Source: an uncultured Eubacteriales bacterium
Lineage (GTDB): Bacteria > Bacillota > Clostridia > Oscillospirales > UBA644
Length of the DNA stretch: 64,000 nt
Reading direction: 5' to 3'
NCBI GenBank assembly: GCA_905207625.1
Contig: CAJLLT010000007.1
Span: forward strand, 19,358 to 83,357
Of the stretch, positions 27,716 through 37,210 are shown piece after piece. The first letter of the stretch is position 1, and each line of letters opens with the position of its first letter. The position numbers were made by a program, and so were the translations under genes. Below the pieces are notes generated by a model. That model searched no databases. It was not told where the DNA came from and saw nothing but the letters and a program-made list of their open reading frames with translations.

Positions 27716-28453
27716 ATGTCCGGTTCATACAGAAAAAAGAAAGGTTTCATCTCCGCTCTTGCCGGGGATAAAGGATTTTATTCGGTACTGACCGTAAGCA
27801 TACTCATGGTATGTCTTGCGGCTTATCTTGCGCTGAGTTACGGCGGAACACCGCAGCATCAGCAGATTGAAAAACCGTCGGAAAGCACAAAGACAATAAA
27901 TTCAGATGATATCAGGCCCAATCCGTTCCAGGAGGTCACCCCGACCGAAGATTCCAAGGTCAGTAAACCGATGGAAGGAATAACGGAGGCTCCGACTCAA
28001 CCGGCAACTGAGCCTGCGACAACGGAGCAGACAAAAGTCACATTCATTATTCCTGTTGATATGACTCTTGTCGGGTCAGTCAACGTTTTTGCCGGAACGT
28101 CCCCCGTGTTTTCCGAGACACTTAATGATTGGAGACTTCATCAGGGAATGGACTTTCTGACCAGCGGAACCCGGCCCGTATATGCCTCGGCAAACGGCGT
28201 AGTCGAAGATGTTTACGAGGATGCCATGATGGGTTGTTCCCTGCTGATACTTCACCCTGACGGCAGCCGCAGCCTGTATCAGTCAATGTCCACCGTCAGC
28301 GTGAATAAAAATGAAGCTGTTACAGCCGGAAAAATAGTGGGATATACCGGCAAAACCGCGGATGCGGAAGAGACGATGGGCGAGCATCTGCACTTTGCGG
28401 TGATCCGTGACGGAGCATTCATTGACCCCAATGATCTTTTCATGATACACTGA
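27716..28453 (+). CDS. M23-family peptidoglycan endopeptidase, membrane-anchored
   Basis: 245 aa ORF with a TM helix, a PTQPATEPATTE linker, and the M23 motifs HQGMDF and HLHFAV. Confidence 0.85.
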   Translation: MSGSYRKKKGFISALAGDKGFYSVLTVSILMVCLAAYLALSYGGTPQHQQIEKPSESTKTINSDDIRPNPFQEVTPTEDSKVSKPMEGITEAPTQPATEPATTEQTKVTFIIPVDMTLVGSVNVFAGTSPVFSETLNDWRLHQGMDFLTSGTRPVYASANGVVEDVYEDAMMGCSLLILHPDGSRSLYQSMSTVSVNKNEAVTAGKIVGYTGKTADAEETMGEHLHFAVIRDGAFIDPNDLFMIH

Positions 28454-28472
28454 CGTCCCAGTTTTTATTATA

Positions 28473-28511
28473 GCAGAAGAGGTATACCGGACTCCGGTAT
28501 ACCTCTTCTGC
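28473..28511. terminator. bidirectional terminator, perfect 18-bp hairpin
   Basis: GCAGAAGAGGTATACCGG (28473-28490) pairs with CCGGTATACCTCTTCTGC (28494-28511), with a 3-nt loop. It sits between convergent genes. Confidence 0.75.
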
Positions 28512-28528
28512 TTAATACTGGATTTATA

Positions 28529-29476
28529 TCAATCTTTTACAATTTCCTTGAGCGTTCCGGCAAGACCGGCAACAGACTGTATCTGTGACGGAATAATGAT
28601 CTTTGTCGCCTTTCCGTCTGCGGCTTTTCCGAAAGCTTCCATGGCCTTGAGCCGGAGCACCGCATCTGAGGGAGCGGCCTCATTGAGTTTTTTCAGACCC
28701 AGTGCATTTGCCTCCTGGACCTTAAGAATAGCCTCAGCCTCACCTTCGGCCTCCCTGATCCGGACTTCTTTTTCGGCTTCCGCACGAAGTATTGCCGCCT
28801 GCTTTTCCGCTTCTGCGGTGAGGATCATTGATTCCTTCTGTCCTTCCGCGACAAGAATCGCACTCTTTTTATCACCCTCGGCACGAAGGATGGATTCACG
28901 GCGTTCACGTTCGGCCTTCATCTGCTTTTCCATGGCATCGCGTATTTCTTTGGGAGGAATTATATTCTTAAGCTCCACGCGCATAACCTTGATGCCCCAG
29001 GGATCGGTTGCTATGTCAAGGATTGAACGCATTTTGGTATTGATAATATCCCTTGAAGTAAGAGTGGCGTCGAGTTCAAGATCACCGATAATATTTCTCA
29101 GGGTCGTTGCGGTAAGATTTTCTATTGCCGACATGGGGTTTTCAACACCGTAAGCGTAAAGCTTCGGATCAGTGATTTCAAAATATACTACGGTATCTAT
29201 CTGCATGGTAACATTATCTTTTGTGATAACCGGCTGAGGATCGAAATCCACGACCTGTTCCTTCAGAGACATGACTTTTGCGACCTTGTCAATCAGAGGT
29301 ATTTTCACATGAAGACCCGTTTTCCAGGTCGCAAGGTATGATCCGAGCCTTTCAACGACGATCGCCTGCGTCTGGGACACGATTCTGATATTTGAAATTA
29401 TCAGGAGCAGGACAATGATGATCACCGCCGCCACAGCGACGAATCCTCCGGCAATTGATGCGACAGTAAGTAACAT
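28529..29476 (-). CDS. SPFH/Band 7 (stomatin-like) protein
   Basis: 315 aa ORF with an N-terminal TM helix, an SPFH core, and an Ala/Glu-rich coiled coil (AEAEKQAAILRAEAEKE). Confidence 0.9.
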   Translation of the reverse strand: MLLTVASIAGGFVAVAAVIIIVLLLIISNIRIVSQTQAIVVERLGSYLATWKTGLHVKIPLIDKVAKVMSLKEQVVDFDPQPVITKDNVTMQIDTVVYFEITDPKLYAYGVENPMSAIENLTATTLRNIIGDLELDATLTSRDIINTKMRSILDIATDPWGIKVMRVELKNIIPPKEIRDAMEKQMKAERERRESILRAEGDKKSAILVAEGQKESMILTAEAEKQAAILRAEAEKEVRIREAEGEAEAILKVQEANALGLKKLNEAAPSDAVLRLKAMEAFGKAADGKATKIIIPSQIQSVAGLAGTLKEIVKD

Positions 29477-29490
29477 GATTAACCCTCCGT

Positions 29491-30003
29491 TCAGTTTTTA
29501 TCCGACACCGTTTCTTTTACGGTATCGCTTGAATGACAAATAACTTTGACCCCTTCGATCCGGTCTACAACAACCTGTTGTCCCTGATCAATAACTTCCC
29601 CGTCCGCCGACCGTGCCATCCATCTGTTTCCGGATATGAGCACCGACCCGGTTTCGGCCGTATTATCGATTTTTTCTTCAACTACGGCAGTCTGCCCCAC
29701 CACGGTATCCGCATTGGTAGCAACTATGGACGGTTTGAGTTTTTTACGCACAAGAGGCCTCGTGAGTACAAGAGACGCAACGGACACCGTCAGAAATACG
29801 ATCAGGCACGCCCATTCGGGAAGTCCGAAAAGAGAAACTATCAGCGCCGCAAGCGCACCCGCAGCAAACCAGATCGTAACCAGACTTGCGGTCACGGCTT
29901 CAATAACAACAAAAACAATAAGCAAAGCAAGCCAGACATAGGTCACATCAAAATTTCCGAATATTTCGGGCAAATCCAGCACCTCCATTCCACAGAGGTT
30001 CAC
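29491..30003 (-). CDS. NfeD-family membrane protein
   Basis: Multi-TM N-terminus plus a C-terminal OB-like soluble domain, immediately upstream of the SPFH gene (the classic NfeD-SPFH pair). The start codon is uncertain: GTG 30003, ATG 29988 or TTG 29973. Confidence 0.8.
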   Translation of the reverse strand: MNLCGMEVLDLPEIFGNFDVTYVWLALLIVFVVIEAVTASLVTIWFAAGALAALIVSLFGLPEWACLIVFLTVSVASLVLTRPLVRKKLKPSIVATNADTVVGQTAVVEEKIDNTAETGSVLISGNRWMARSADGEVIDQGQQVVVDRIEGVKVICHSSDTVKETVSDKN

Positions 30004-30116
30004 TCTGTAGCAATATTATAGCATACTTTTATACGATTTGCAAGTACCCGGAAAACTTTTTCAGCGTCCGGGTCATATAATGTAAAAGAACTGAAACAGA
30101 AAGAACGGATAATCCG

Positions 30117-30341
30117 ATGACATATAAATGTATACTTGTAAAATCGTCAACCTATGCACAGAAAGCGGCTGGAATACTCTCCAGAAAAGGGATAAACGCC
30201 TACGTCACCCGGCAGACTTTCAACAGTAAATACGGCTGCGCCCGTTGCATTAAAGTTTCGGATAAAGATGTGCAGAAAGCAAAAGAGATCATGCGCAATG
30301 AGGGCATCCCCCTTACCGGAGATGTGTACGACTATGAATAA
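30117..30341 (+). CDS. DUF3343 (putative Se/S carrier-like) small protein
   Basis: 74 aa ORF. It lies upstream of, and overlaps, the class V aminotransferase gene, which is the typical DUF3343 context. Confidence 0.6.
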   Translation: MTYKCILVKSSTYAQKAAGILSRKGINAYVTRQTFNSKYGCARCIKVSDKDVQKAKEIMRNEGIPLTGDVYDYE

Positions 30342-31458
30342 TACCGTATACCTTGACAACGCCGCATCAAGCTTCCCCAAGCCCCCGTGCGTATTCAGGG
30401 CAGTTCTGTCCGCGATATCCGAAAATGCGGCAAATCCGGGAAGAAGCGGACATTTCATGTCAGAACAGGCTGCAATACGGGTTTTCAATGCACGTCACAC
30501 TGTTGCGGAGTACTTCGGACTGAGCGGCGGAGAAGAAAACGTTATTTTCACTCTCAACGCGACCCATGCGATAAACACCGTCATTAACGGAGTTCTCCAG
30601 AACGGAGGACATGCGCTTATCTCAGATATGGAACACAATTCGGTCCTGAGACCCCTGGAAGCACTCAGTCGCAGGGGGAATGTGCGCTATGACGCGGTCA
30701 GAACCGTAACCGGAGGTGCGGCGGATTTCATACCCGCTTTCAGACGTGATACAAAACTTGTTTTCGTTACCCACGCCTCAAATGTTACGGGACAAATGCT
30801 GGATATTGCGGATATCGGAAAGGCCTGCAGGCAAAGAGGGATCCTGTTTGCCGTTGACGCATCCCAGACTGCCGGACATCTGAGATATGATCTTTCAAAG
30901 TTACCGGTGGATTTTGTTTGTACTGCGGGACACAAAGGACTTTTCGGTCCTCAGGGAACGGGATTGTTGCTCCTGAACACAAAATATCCTCTTCCTCCGC
31001 TGCTTTACGGCGGAACAGGTACCATGTCAATGAGCGCTTCCCAGCCGCAGATACGTCCTGAAGCTTACGAAAGCGGAACTGTGAATACCCCCGGGATTCT
31101 CGGTCTCGCCGCAGGTATTGATTTTCTGAGAAAAAATGCCGATGCGCTGGCGTCAAACGAGCGTAACGCCTACGAATACGCACTGACCCGATTGAAAAAA
31201 ACCGACGGAATAACCGTACTGACTCCCGAAAACAGCATCTCTTCCCTTCTGGCTTTCAATGTACGTGATCTTCATTCGGAAAAAGTGACCGAAATACTCA
31301 GCCAGAACGGGATATGCGTACGTGGCGGCTATCACTGTTCCATGCTGATGCACAGAAAACTGGGAACAGAAGCTACTGGTGTTGTAAGAGCCTCCTTCGG
31401 AGGTTTCAATACCGTAACGGATGCGGAAAAACTAATTTTTTGCTTAAAAAAATGTTAA
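30334..31458 (+). CDS. class V aminotransferase / cysteine desulfurase family protein
   Basis: MNNTVYLDNAASSFPKP... and the putative PLP-lysine region CTAGHKGLFGP. I chose the ATG at 30334. Confidence 0.85.
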   Translation: MNNTVYLDNAASSFPKPPCVFRAVLSAISENAANPGRSGHFMSEQAAIRVFNARHTVAEYFGLSGGEENVIFTLNATHAINTVINGVLQNGGHALISDMEHNSVLRPLEALSRRGNVRYDAVRTVTGGAADFIPAFRRDTKLVFVTHASNVTGQMLDIADIGKACRQRGILFAVDASQTAGHLRYDLSKLPVDFVCTAGHKGLFGPQGTGLLLLNTKYPLPPLLYGGTGTMSMSASQPQIRPEAYESGTVNTPGILGLAAGIDFLRKNADALASNERNAYEYALTRLKKTDGITVLTPENSISSLLAFNVRDLHSEKVTEILSQNGICVRGGYHCSMLMHRKLGTEATGVVRASFGGFNTVTDAEKLIFCLKKC

Positions 31459-31474
31459 ATAATAAAAATATACT

Positions 31475-31502
31475 TGATTTTCCACGGAATAACTGTTATA
31501 AT
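31475..31502 (+). promoter_or_regulatory. sigma-A-like promoter TTGATT-16-TGtTATAAT for cdaA
   Basis: -35 at 31475-31480 and -10 at 31497-31502. Confidence 0.55.
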
Positions 31503-31595
31503 GTAACTGAAAATACTTAACAGCAGGTTTTGTGGAATATCACGGTGTGCCCGTTCGCCGGAAGAAACGGGATCTTACAGATAACGGGAGTATCA

Positions 31596-32462
31596 ATGGT
31601 TGACTTTTTCAAGAATATGTGGAGCTTTATAGCCACAACCATAACCCACATCAGCATTTTTGACATAGTCGATATACTTCTGGTGTCGGTTCTTGTTTAT
31701 ACGGTCATTAAATTTGCCCGGGACACCCGCGCCGCACAGCTTTTCAAGGGAATTATACTGCTGATAATTCTCCTGCAGGTCGCCGAACTACTCAACCTTT
31801 CCGCAACCCGTTATATTCTGAATTCATGTCTTGAATTCGGTGTTCTTGCGGTCATAATCCTTTTCCAGCCCGAGCTCCGCAATGTTCTGGAGAAAATGGG
31901 ACGGAAAAGTTTCGGAAAGATCATAATCGGACAGGACGAAGAGGGAAAGAGCGAAGAAAGTACAAAGGAAATGATCTCCAACCTGACCAAAGCGGTCAGT
32001 AATTTCTCCGCGACAAAGACCGGTGCCCTTATAGTAATCGAACGTATAACAAAACTCGGGAATATAATATCCACCGGAAAAGTGCTTGATGCATCCACGA
32101 CCCCCGAACTTGTAATGAATATTTTCTTCAACAAGGCGCCTCTGCATGACGGCGCAATGATAATCCGGAACAACAGGATCATTGCCGCCGGATGTATCCT
32201 TCCCCTGTCGGACAACCTTAATGACCCCGAACTGGGAACACGCCACAGGGCAGGACTGGGAATGAGTGAAAACTCCGACGCCATAGTTATCATTGTTTCG
32301 GAAGAAACGGGCATAATCTCAACGGCAATAGACGGCAAATTGACAAGAAGACTTACACCGGATGCCCTTGCGAACACGCTTACAAAGCTGCTTATGGCAA
32401 AGAAGGATGAGAAAAAGGAATTTCTCCCCTCACTCTGGAAAGGACGTAAAAAAGAGAAATGA
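31596..32462 (+). CDS. cdaA: diadenylate cyclase CdaA
   Basis: Three N-terminal TM helices and a DAC domain (...GALIVIE..., DGAMII, RHRAGLG..., VIIVSEETG). I chose the ATG at 31596. Confidence 0.9.
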   Translation: MVDFFKNMWSFIATTITHISIFDIVDILLVSVLVYTVIKFARDTRAAQLFKGIILLIILLQVAELLNLSATRYILNSCLEFGVLAVIILFQPELRNVLEKMGRKSFGKIIIGQDEEGKSEESTKEMISNLTKAVSNFSATKTGALIVIERITKLGNIISTGKVLDASTTPELVMNIFFNKAPLHDGAMIIRNNRIIAAGCILPLSDNLNDPELGTRHRAGLGMSENSDAIVIIVSEETGIISTAIDGKLTRRLTPDALANTLTKLLMAKKDEKKEFLPSLWKGRKKEK

Positions 32463-33727
32463 GCAAGATAACTGATTTTTTCAAGTCCCTGATTGCCAGA
32501 GACGGAATCGTCCGGATTATTTCTCTCGTTCTCGCTATAGGACTGTGGCTTTATATCGTCAACATAGCTGATCCCAGCACCACAAGGGAATATACCGATA
32601 TTCCCGTGCAGTTCAATTATGAAGGCTCAACGGCGGATACCAATGAACTCATGCCTTTACTTGCTAGTACCGTTTTTACCGTGAACGTCAAGGTTTCCGG
32701 TCCGAGGACCAGTTTTATTAATTTTTCAAAATACAAGATAACAGCAAAACTCAACATGAATTCGGTCGGTGCAGAGGGTACCTACAATATCCCGATATAC
32801 GTATCGACCGCCGATGAGGCTCTCTCCTGCGAAATCGTCGGTGACAATTACGTTTCAATAGAGTTCAAAAAGAGGGCAAAAGCGGTCATCAACCTACAGT
32901 ACGAGAAGATCGGAAATTATGTTTCCGGTTATGTGGAGACAAATGTCAACATTGAGCCCTCCACCGTTACGGTCTCGGGCCCGAGAGACGTGGTTGAGCG
33001 CATCAGTACCGCTTCCGCAAAGGTTTCCGTAATAGGCTACAAGGAAAACTTTACAAAACTTGTTGATATTTCCCTTTTTGATGCAAACGGGGCGGCAGTA
33101 GACCGCACCTTCCTTACCCTTGATGTCACCCAGGCGTATATTGACGTAGATCTCGAATATCAGAAGGAAGTTCCTTTCCGGCTGAGCCTTGTAAACCGCT
33201 ACGGAGGCGATGAATCCTCGTATGCCGTGGTTAATTTTTCCACTCCGACGATCGTCCTGAGAGGACCTGAAGATATTCTCTCGGGAATTGAATCAATAGA
33301 TGTCGGACCGGTATATCTTGATACCATTAAAGCCTCGCATATGACCTTTACCCTGCCCGTGACTTTGCCGGGCCAGATAACATCTGTAGACGAGATAACT
33401 CAGGTTACCGCCGACGTTTCCCTCGGCACCCCGAAGACAAAGACTTTCACACTCGATAAAAATATCCTGCAAAAAACGGAGTTTCTCAACCTTGATCCGG
33501 CATATACAGCCGCGGTCACAACCAGAAGTCTTAAAGTTGCCCTCCGTGCTCAGTCGGACGTTATCGATGACATAAGTGCCGATGATTTCATCCTTTATGT
33601 CGATCTCAACGCGAAAGATCCGGAGACCGGAAAATACCCGCTTTCCATAACTCTTCCCGGATATATTCCCGGCGGTTTTATGGCTCAGTACTACGTTGAT
33701 GTTGATCTTGAACCGATAAATCACTGA
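32459..33727 (+). CDS. cdaR: CdaR (YbbR-domain) regulator of CdaA
   Basis: 422 aa ORF with an N-terminal TM helix and repeated YbbR-like beta domains. Its ATG overlaps the cdaA stop. Confidence 0.8.
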   Translation: MSKITDFFKSLIARDGIVRIISLVLAIGLWLYIVNIADPSTTREYTDIPVQFNYEGSTADTNELMPLLASTVFTVNVKVSGPRTSFINFSKYKITAKLNMNSVGAEGTYNIPIYVSTADEALSCEIVGDNYVSIEFKKRAKAVINLQYEKIGNYVSGYVETNVNIEPSTVTVSGPRDVVERISTASAKVSVIGYKENFTKLVDISLFDANGAAVDRTFLTLDVTQAYIDVDLEYQKEVPFRLSLVNRYGGDESSYAVVNFSTPTIVLRGPEDILSGIESIDVGPVYLDTIKASHMTFTLPVTLPGQITSVDEITQVTADVSLGTPKTKTFTLDKNILQKTEFLNLDPAYTAAVTTRSLKVALRAQSDVIDDISADDFILYVDLNAKDPETGKYPLSITLPGYIPGGFMAQYYVDVDLEPINH

Positions 33728-35241
33728 TGAAAATAATTCATAATATCCGATTACCGATATCCTCCTGCAATGAAGACGCTGTCACCGCAGCCCTCAGGCA
33801 GGCAAAACTCCCGAAGGATTCGGATGCCTTCGTATACAGGCGGTCCATTGATGCCAGACGGAACGAAATCACCTATGTCTATTCCGTCGCTGTCCGGGAT
33901 GTCCGTAACAGAGCCGACCTTCAGGAACTCGATGAATTTACCCCTGTTTTCAGCAAGAAAAAAGACAAAAATGTTTATATTATCGGCTTCGGTCCCGCCG
34001 GAATGTTCTGTGCCTACGCACTGACTTTGGCGGGACTGTGTCCCGTTGTTGTGGAAAGAGGAAAGCCGGTGGAACAGCGGGCGGAAGATATTGACAGTTT
34101 CTTTTCAGGGAAATCCCTTGACCCCGATTCTAACGTGCGCTTCGGCGAAGGTGGAGCGGGGACATTTTCCGACGGCAAGCTGACGACCCGGATTAATGAT
34201 CCGAGATGCCGATTCATTCTGGAAACCTTTGTCAGATTCGGCGCACCGGAAGAAATACTTTACCTTGCAAAACCCCATATAGGTACGGACATTCTGCGGA
34301 AAATAATGGTCAATCTGCGTAACGAAATTCTTTCCCGGGGCGGAAGAATACTCTACAGTTCGAAATTTGAGGATTTGGATGTTTCCTCCGGAAAAATCAG
34401 AAGTATCACTGTGAACGGGGAGCGTTTAGATGCCGAAAACGTCGTTCTCGCCATCGGCAACGGAGCGGATGACACATACTCCATGTTGCTCGGAAAGCCT
34501 GTGATGATCTCAGCGAAACCATTTTCCGTAGGTTTCCGAATGGAACATCTCCAGTCGGACATTGATCGCGCCATATACGGCAAATATGCCGGGGATCACA
34601 GGCTTGGAGCCGCCGACTATTCATTCTACAGACACCTTGACAAAGCCCGGACTCATACAGTATACACCTTCTGTATGTGTCCCGGAGGTCAGGTCATCAA
34701 TTCATCGTCCGAACCAGGAAGACTTGTCACAAACGGCATGAGTTATCATGCCCGGGACGGTAAAAATGCTAATTCAGCGCTTTTGGCAACGGTAAGTTTC
34801 GACACCCCGCAGCAGGGTCTTGATTTCAGAAAAGAAATAGAGAAAAAAGCCTTTGATGTCGCCGGTGGTTTCGCTCCTGTAACATTGGCAAAAGATTTTC
34901 TTTCGGCTCATAGCTCTTCGGGATTCGGCAGGATCACTCCGACCTTTCTTCCCGGAACACAGTTCGGCGATTTTGACAAAATATTCCCGGCTGAAATATC
35001 AGGGATGCTTCGCTCCGGGCTTGCCGCATTCGGGAAAAGCATCTGCGAAAGTCCCGATGCCGTGCTTACGGCTCCGGAAACAGGATCCTCTTCCCCTCTG
35101 CGCATACTCCGGAACGAAGAGGGGCAGGCTCTGGGAATAAAAGGATTTTACCCCTGCGGCGAAGGTGCAGGCTATGCAGGTGGAATTATGAGTTCTGCGG
35201 TGGACGGGCTCCGGATCGCGGAAAGTATTCTGAAAGACTGA
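33727..35241 (+). CDS. FAD-dependent oxidoreductase (COG2509-type, uncharacterised dehydrogenase)
   Basis: 504 aa ORF with the dinucleotide-binding motif YIIGFGPAGMFCA. Its ATG overlaps the cdaR stop (TGATG). Confidence 0.75.
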   Translation: MKIIHNIRLPISSCNEDAVTAALRQAKLPKDSDAFVYRRSIDARRNEITYVYSVAVRDVRNRADLQELDEFTPVFSKKKDKNVYIIGFGPAGMFCAYALTLAGLCPVVVERGKPVEQRAEDIDSFFSGKSLDPDSNVRFGEGGAGTFSDGKLTTRINDPRCRFILETFVRFGAPEEILYLAKPHIGTDILRKIMVNLRNEILSRGGRILYSSKFEDLDVSSGKIRSITVNGERLDAENVVLAIGNGADDTYSMLLGKPVMISAKPFSVGFRMEHLQSDIDRAIYGKYAGDHRLGAADYSFYRHLDKARTHTVYTFCMCPGGQVINSSSEPGRLVTNGMSYHARDGKNANSALLATVSFDTPQQGLDFRKEIEKKAFDVAGGFAPVTLAKDFLSAHSSSGFGRITPTFLPGTQFGDFDKIFPAEISGMLRSGLAAFGKSICESPDAVLTAPETGSSSPLRILRNEEGQALGIKGFYPCGEGAGYAGGIMSSAVDGLRIAESILKD

Positions 35242-35249
35242 GGTTTACA

Positions 35250-35687
35250 ATGACAGTTTCCGGCCGTGTCGTTAGAATAAAAGACGGAACAGCACTTGTA
35301 AAGGTCCAAAGACCGCAAGGCTGTGAACATTGTGAAAATGTTTCCTTTTGCAAAGAGAAGCAGACAGAAATAATGGCAAAGGATACTTTGGGGGTAAAAG
35401 TCGGAGATACGGTCAGTGTCACCATTCCGAAATCCCCTCTGACCTGGCTGAGTTTACTTTATACATTCCTGGTTCCCGTAGCAATCATTTTTGCGGCTTA
35501 CGGTCTTTTTTTGCTCTCACCGTATACCCTGATTCTCACCGCATGCCTTATCACAGGCTACTATCTCGGACTCAGAAAGCTGGAAAAGAAAGTTTCGGGA
35601 GCCGAAATCACTTCTTTTATAACAGAAAGCGAAAACAGTTGTCGCTGTTGCGGCACGGAGGTCAGGAATGAAGAAAAACAGTCTTAA
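35250..35687 (+). CDS. RseC/MucC-family (SoxR-reducing-system-type) membrane protein
   Basis: 145 aa ORF: MTVSGRVVRIKDGTALVKVQRPQGCEHCE..., followed by two TM helices. Confidence 0.7.
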   Translation: MTVSGRVVRIKDGTALVKVQRPQGCEHCENVSFCKEKQTEIMAKDTLGVKVGDTVSVTIPKSPLTWLSLLYTFLVPVAIIFAAYGLFLLSPYTLILTACLITGYYLGLRKLEKKVSGAEITSFITESENSCRCCGTEVRNEEKQS

Positions 35688-36381
35688 GAGAAGACAGCGA
35701 ATATATTCCCTGCTGTTCCGCGTATGTGTTGCCGTTTTTGCTGTTTCGGCGATCTTTGCTATTGTCGCGACCGTCACACATGCCCTCAGAGACAGAACGT
35801 CTTCTTTACCTGCAAATCCGCCCACCGAACCGGCGACTGAACCGATGACCGAGCCTGAGACGGAAACTGAAACTTTACCTGAACCCAAGAGTGAACTGGA
35901 TCAGTTTATAGATCTGACGGTAGCTTATGCCATGTGCCAGCCTGAATATCCCGTCAATGAAAACGGAGAGACAAAGTACGGAGCGTTATTCGGACACCCT
36001 AAGGCGCAGTGGTGTACGGAATTTGTGATGTGGTGTCTGCTTCAGGCGGAAAAGGACATGGATACAGACTATATCGGGACAGTCTTCCCTTACCGAGACT
36101 GGTCCGGCGGCTGTGTTGAAAAATACAAGGAATGGGGCAGGCTCCGTTATGCTGAATCCGGATATGTTCCGAAAAAAGGCGATCTTGTTTTCTTTAAGGT
36201 CCTGTCGGATTCCGCAACGGATCACACCGGTCTCGTGATCGGCACAACAGAGGAAAACGGTCAGATATACGTTCTGACTATAGAAGGCAACATCCCTACG
36301 GACGAAATAAAGTGCATCAGGCAAAGAAAGCTGCCGCTCAATGACAGAACACTGTACGCATACGGGACATTTGCGGATTAG
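35668..36381 (+). CDS. CHAP-domain peptidoglycan hydrolase-like protein, membrane-anchored
   Basis: TM helix, a PTEPATEPMTEPETETE linker, then the CHAP-type catalytic context QWCTEFVMWC ... DHTGLV. Confidence 0.7.
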   Translation: MKKNSLKRRQRIYSLLFRVCVAVFAVSAIFAIVATVTHALRDRTSSLPANPPTEPATEPMTEPETETETLPEPKSELDQFIDLTVAYAMCQPEYPVNENGETKYGALFGHPKAQWCTEFVMWCLLQAEKDMDTDYIGTVFPYRDWSGGCVEKYKEWGRLRYAESGYVPKKGDLVFFKVLSDSATDHTGLVIGTTEENGQIYVLTIEGNIPTDEIKCIRQRKLPLNDRTLYAYGTFAD

Positions 36382-36400
36382 TTTTGGTACATTTTTGTTA

Positions 36401-36429
36401 TTGTCAAATCCCGAAAATTTTTATATAAT
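36401..36429 (+). promoter_or_regulatory. sigma-A-like promoter TTGTCA-17-TATAAT for mecA
   Basis: -35 at 36401-36406 and -10 at 36424-36429. Confidence 0.55.
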
Positions 36430-36459
36430 GGTATTAAGAATGCTTTCGGGAGGCGCAAT

Positions 36460-37041
36460 ATGCTCATTGAACAGATAAACGAAGATAAAATAAAAGCAGT
36501 GGTTGACGAGGAGGAACAAAAGGAATACGGAATAACCTATGAATCCATGAACTACAGCGACTCCAATACCCGAAGGCTTTGCGAGGACATAATGCAGCGT
36601 GCCCGGTCCGAGGTGGGCTTTACGGTCGGAGACTCAAAACTGCTTGTCGAGGCCCGACTCTGTTCCAACGGTTCTGTTGCCCTTTATCTGTCAAAGATTC
36701 TCCGTAATGAAGCCGAAGAAAAGGATGAACTCTTCGGTCAGGTAATAAGATTTGACAATGTAAATGCTTTGATTGACGGAATTACAACTTTTATACCCTA
36801 CGACGATAAGCTCTGCCACAGCAATCTTTACAGTTATGCCGGCAACTACTATCTGTATTTTGAAATACTCTGCAAGCATTCTCAGGCTAAACGTCTTCTC
36901 CGGGATCTGCTGGAGTTTTCCGTAAGAACCCGCTACAGTGCGGCTTTTCTTGACGAACACGCTCAGATAATAACCGAACATACTGCGGTGCAGGAAATGT
37001 GCCGCGGAAGAAAGTACTCACAGCTTAATATTCGCCGTTAG
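36460..37041 (+). CDS. mecA: adaptor protein MecA-like
   Basis: 193 aa ORF: MLIEQINEDKIKAVVDEEEQKEYGITYESMNYSDSNTRRLCEDIM..., a MecA N-terminal pattern. Confidence 0.7.
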   Translation: MLIEQINEDKIKAVVDEEEQKEYGITYESMNYSDSNTRRLCEDIMQRARSEVGFTVGDSKLLVEARLCSNGSVALYLSKILRNEAEEKDELFGQVIRFDNVNALIDGITTFIPYDDKLCHSNLYSYAGNYYLYFEILCKHSQAKRLLRDLLEFSVRTRYSAAFLDEHAQIITEHTAVQEMCRGRKYSQLNIRR

Positions 37042-37210
37042 ATACCGGCTTTCGGAAACGTTGCGCGGATCGGTAATTTTTACCGGTCCGCATATTTTTA
37101 TACGCAAAAGGTTAAAATCACTGCCGTGTTTTTGTTTCCAAAACGGAATAATATTCATTTTTCTGCAAACAATACATGTACAACCAATGATAATAAAGGG
37201 GTTTTTAAAT

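Noticed and set aside
37042-37210. A sigma-G/sigma-F type forespore promoter for spoVT.
   Set aside because: I looked for GnATR-17/18-CATnnTA. Only weak partial matches (GAATA ... CAATACA) with poor spacing were found, so I am not confident enough to annotate one.
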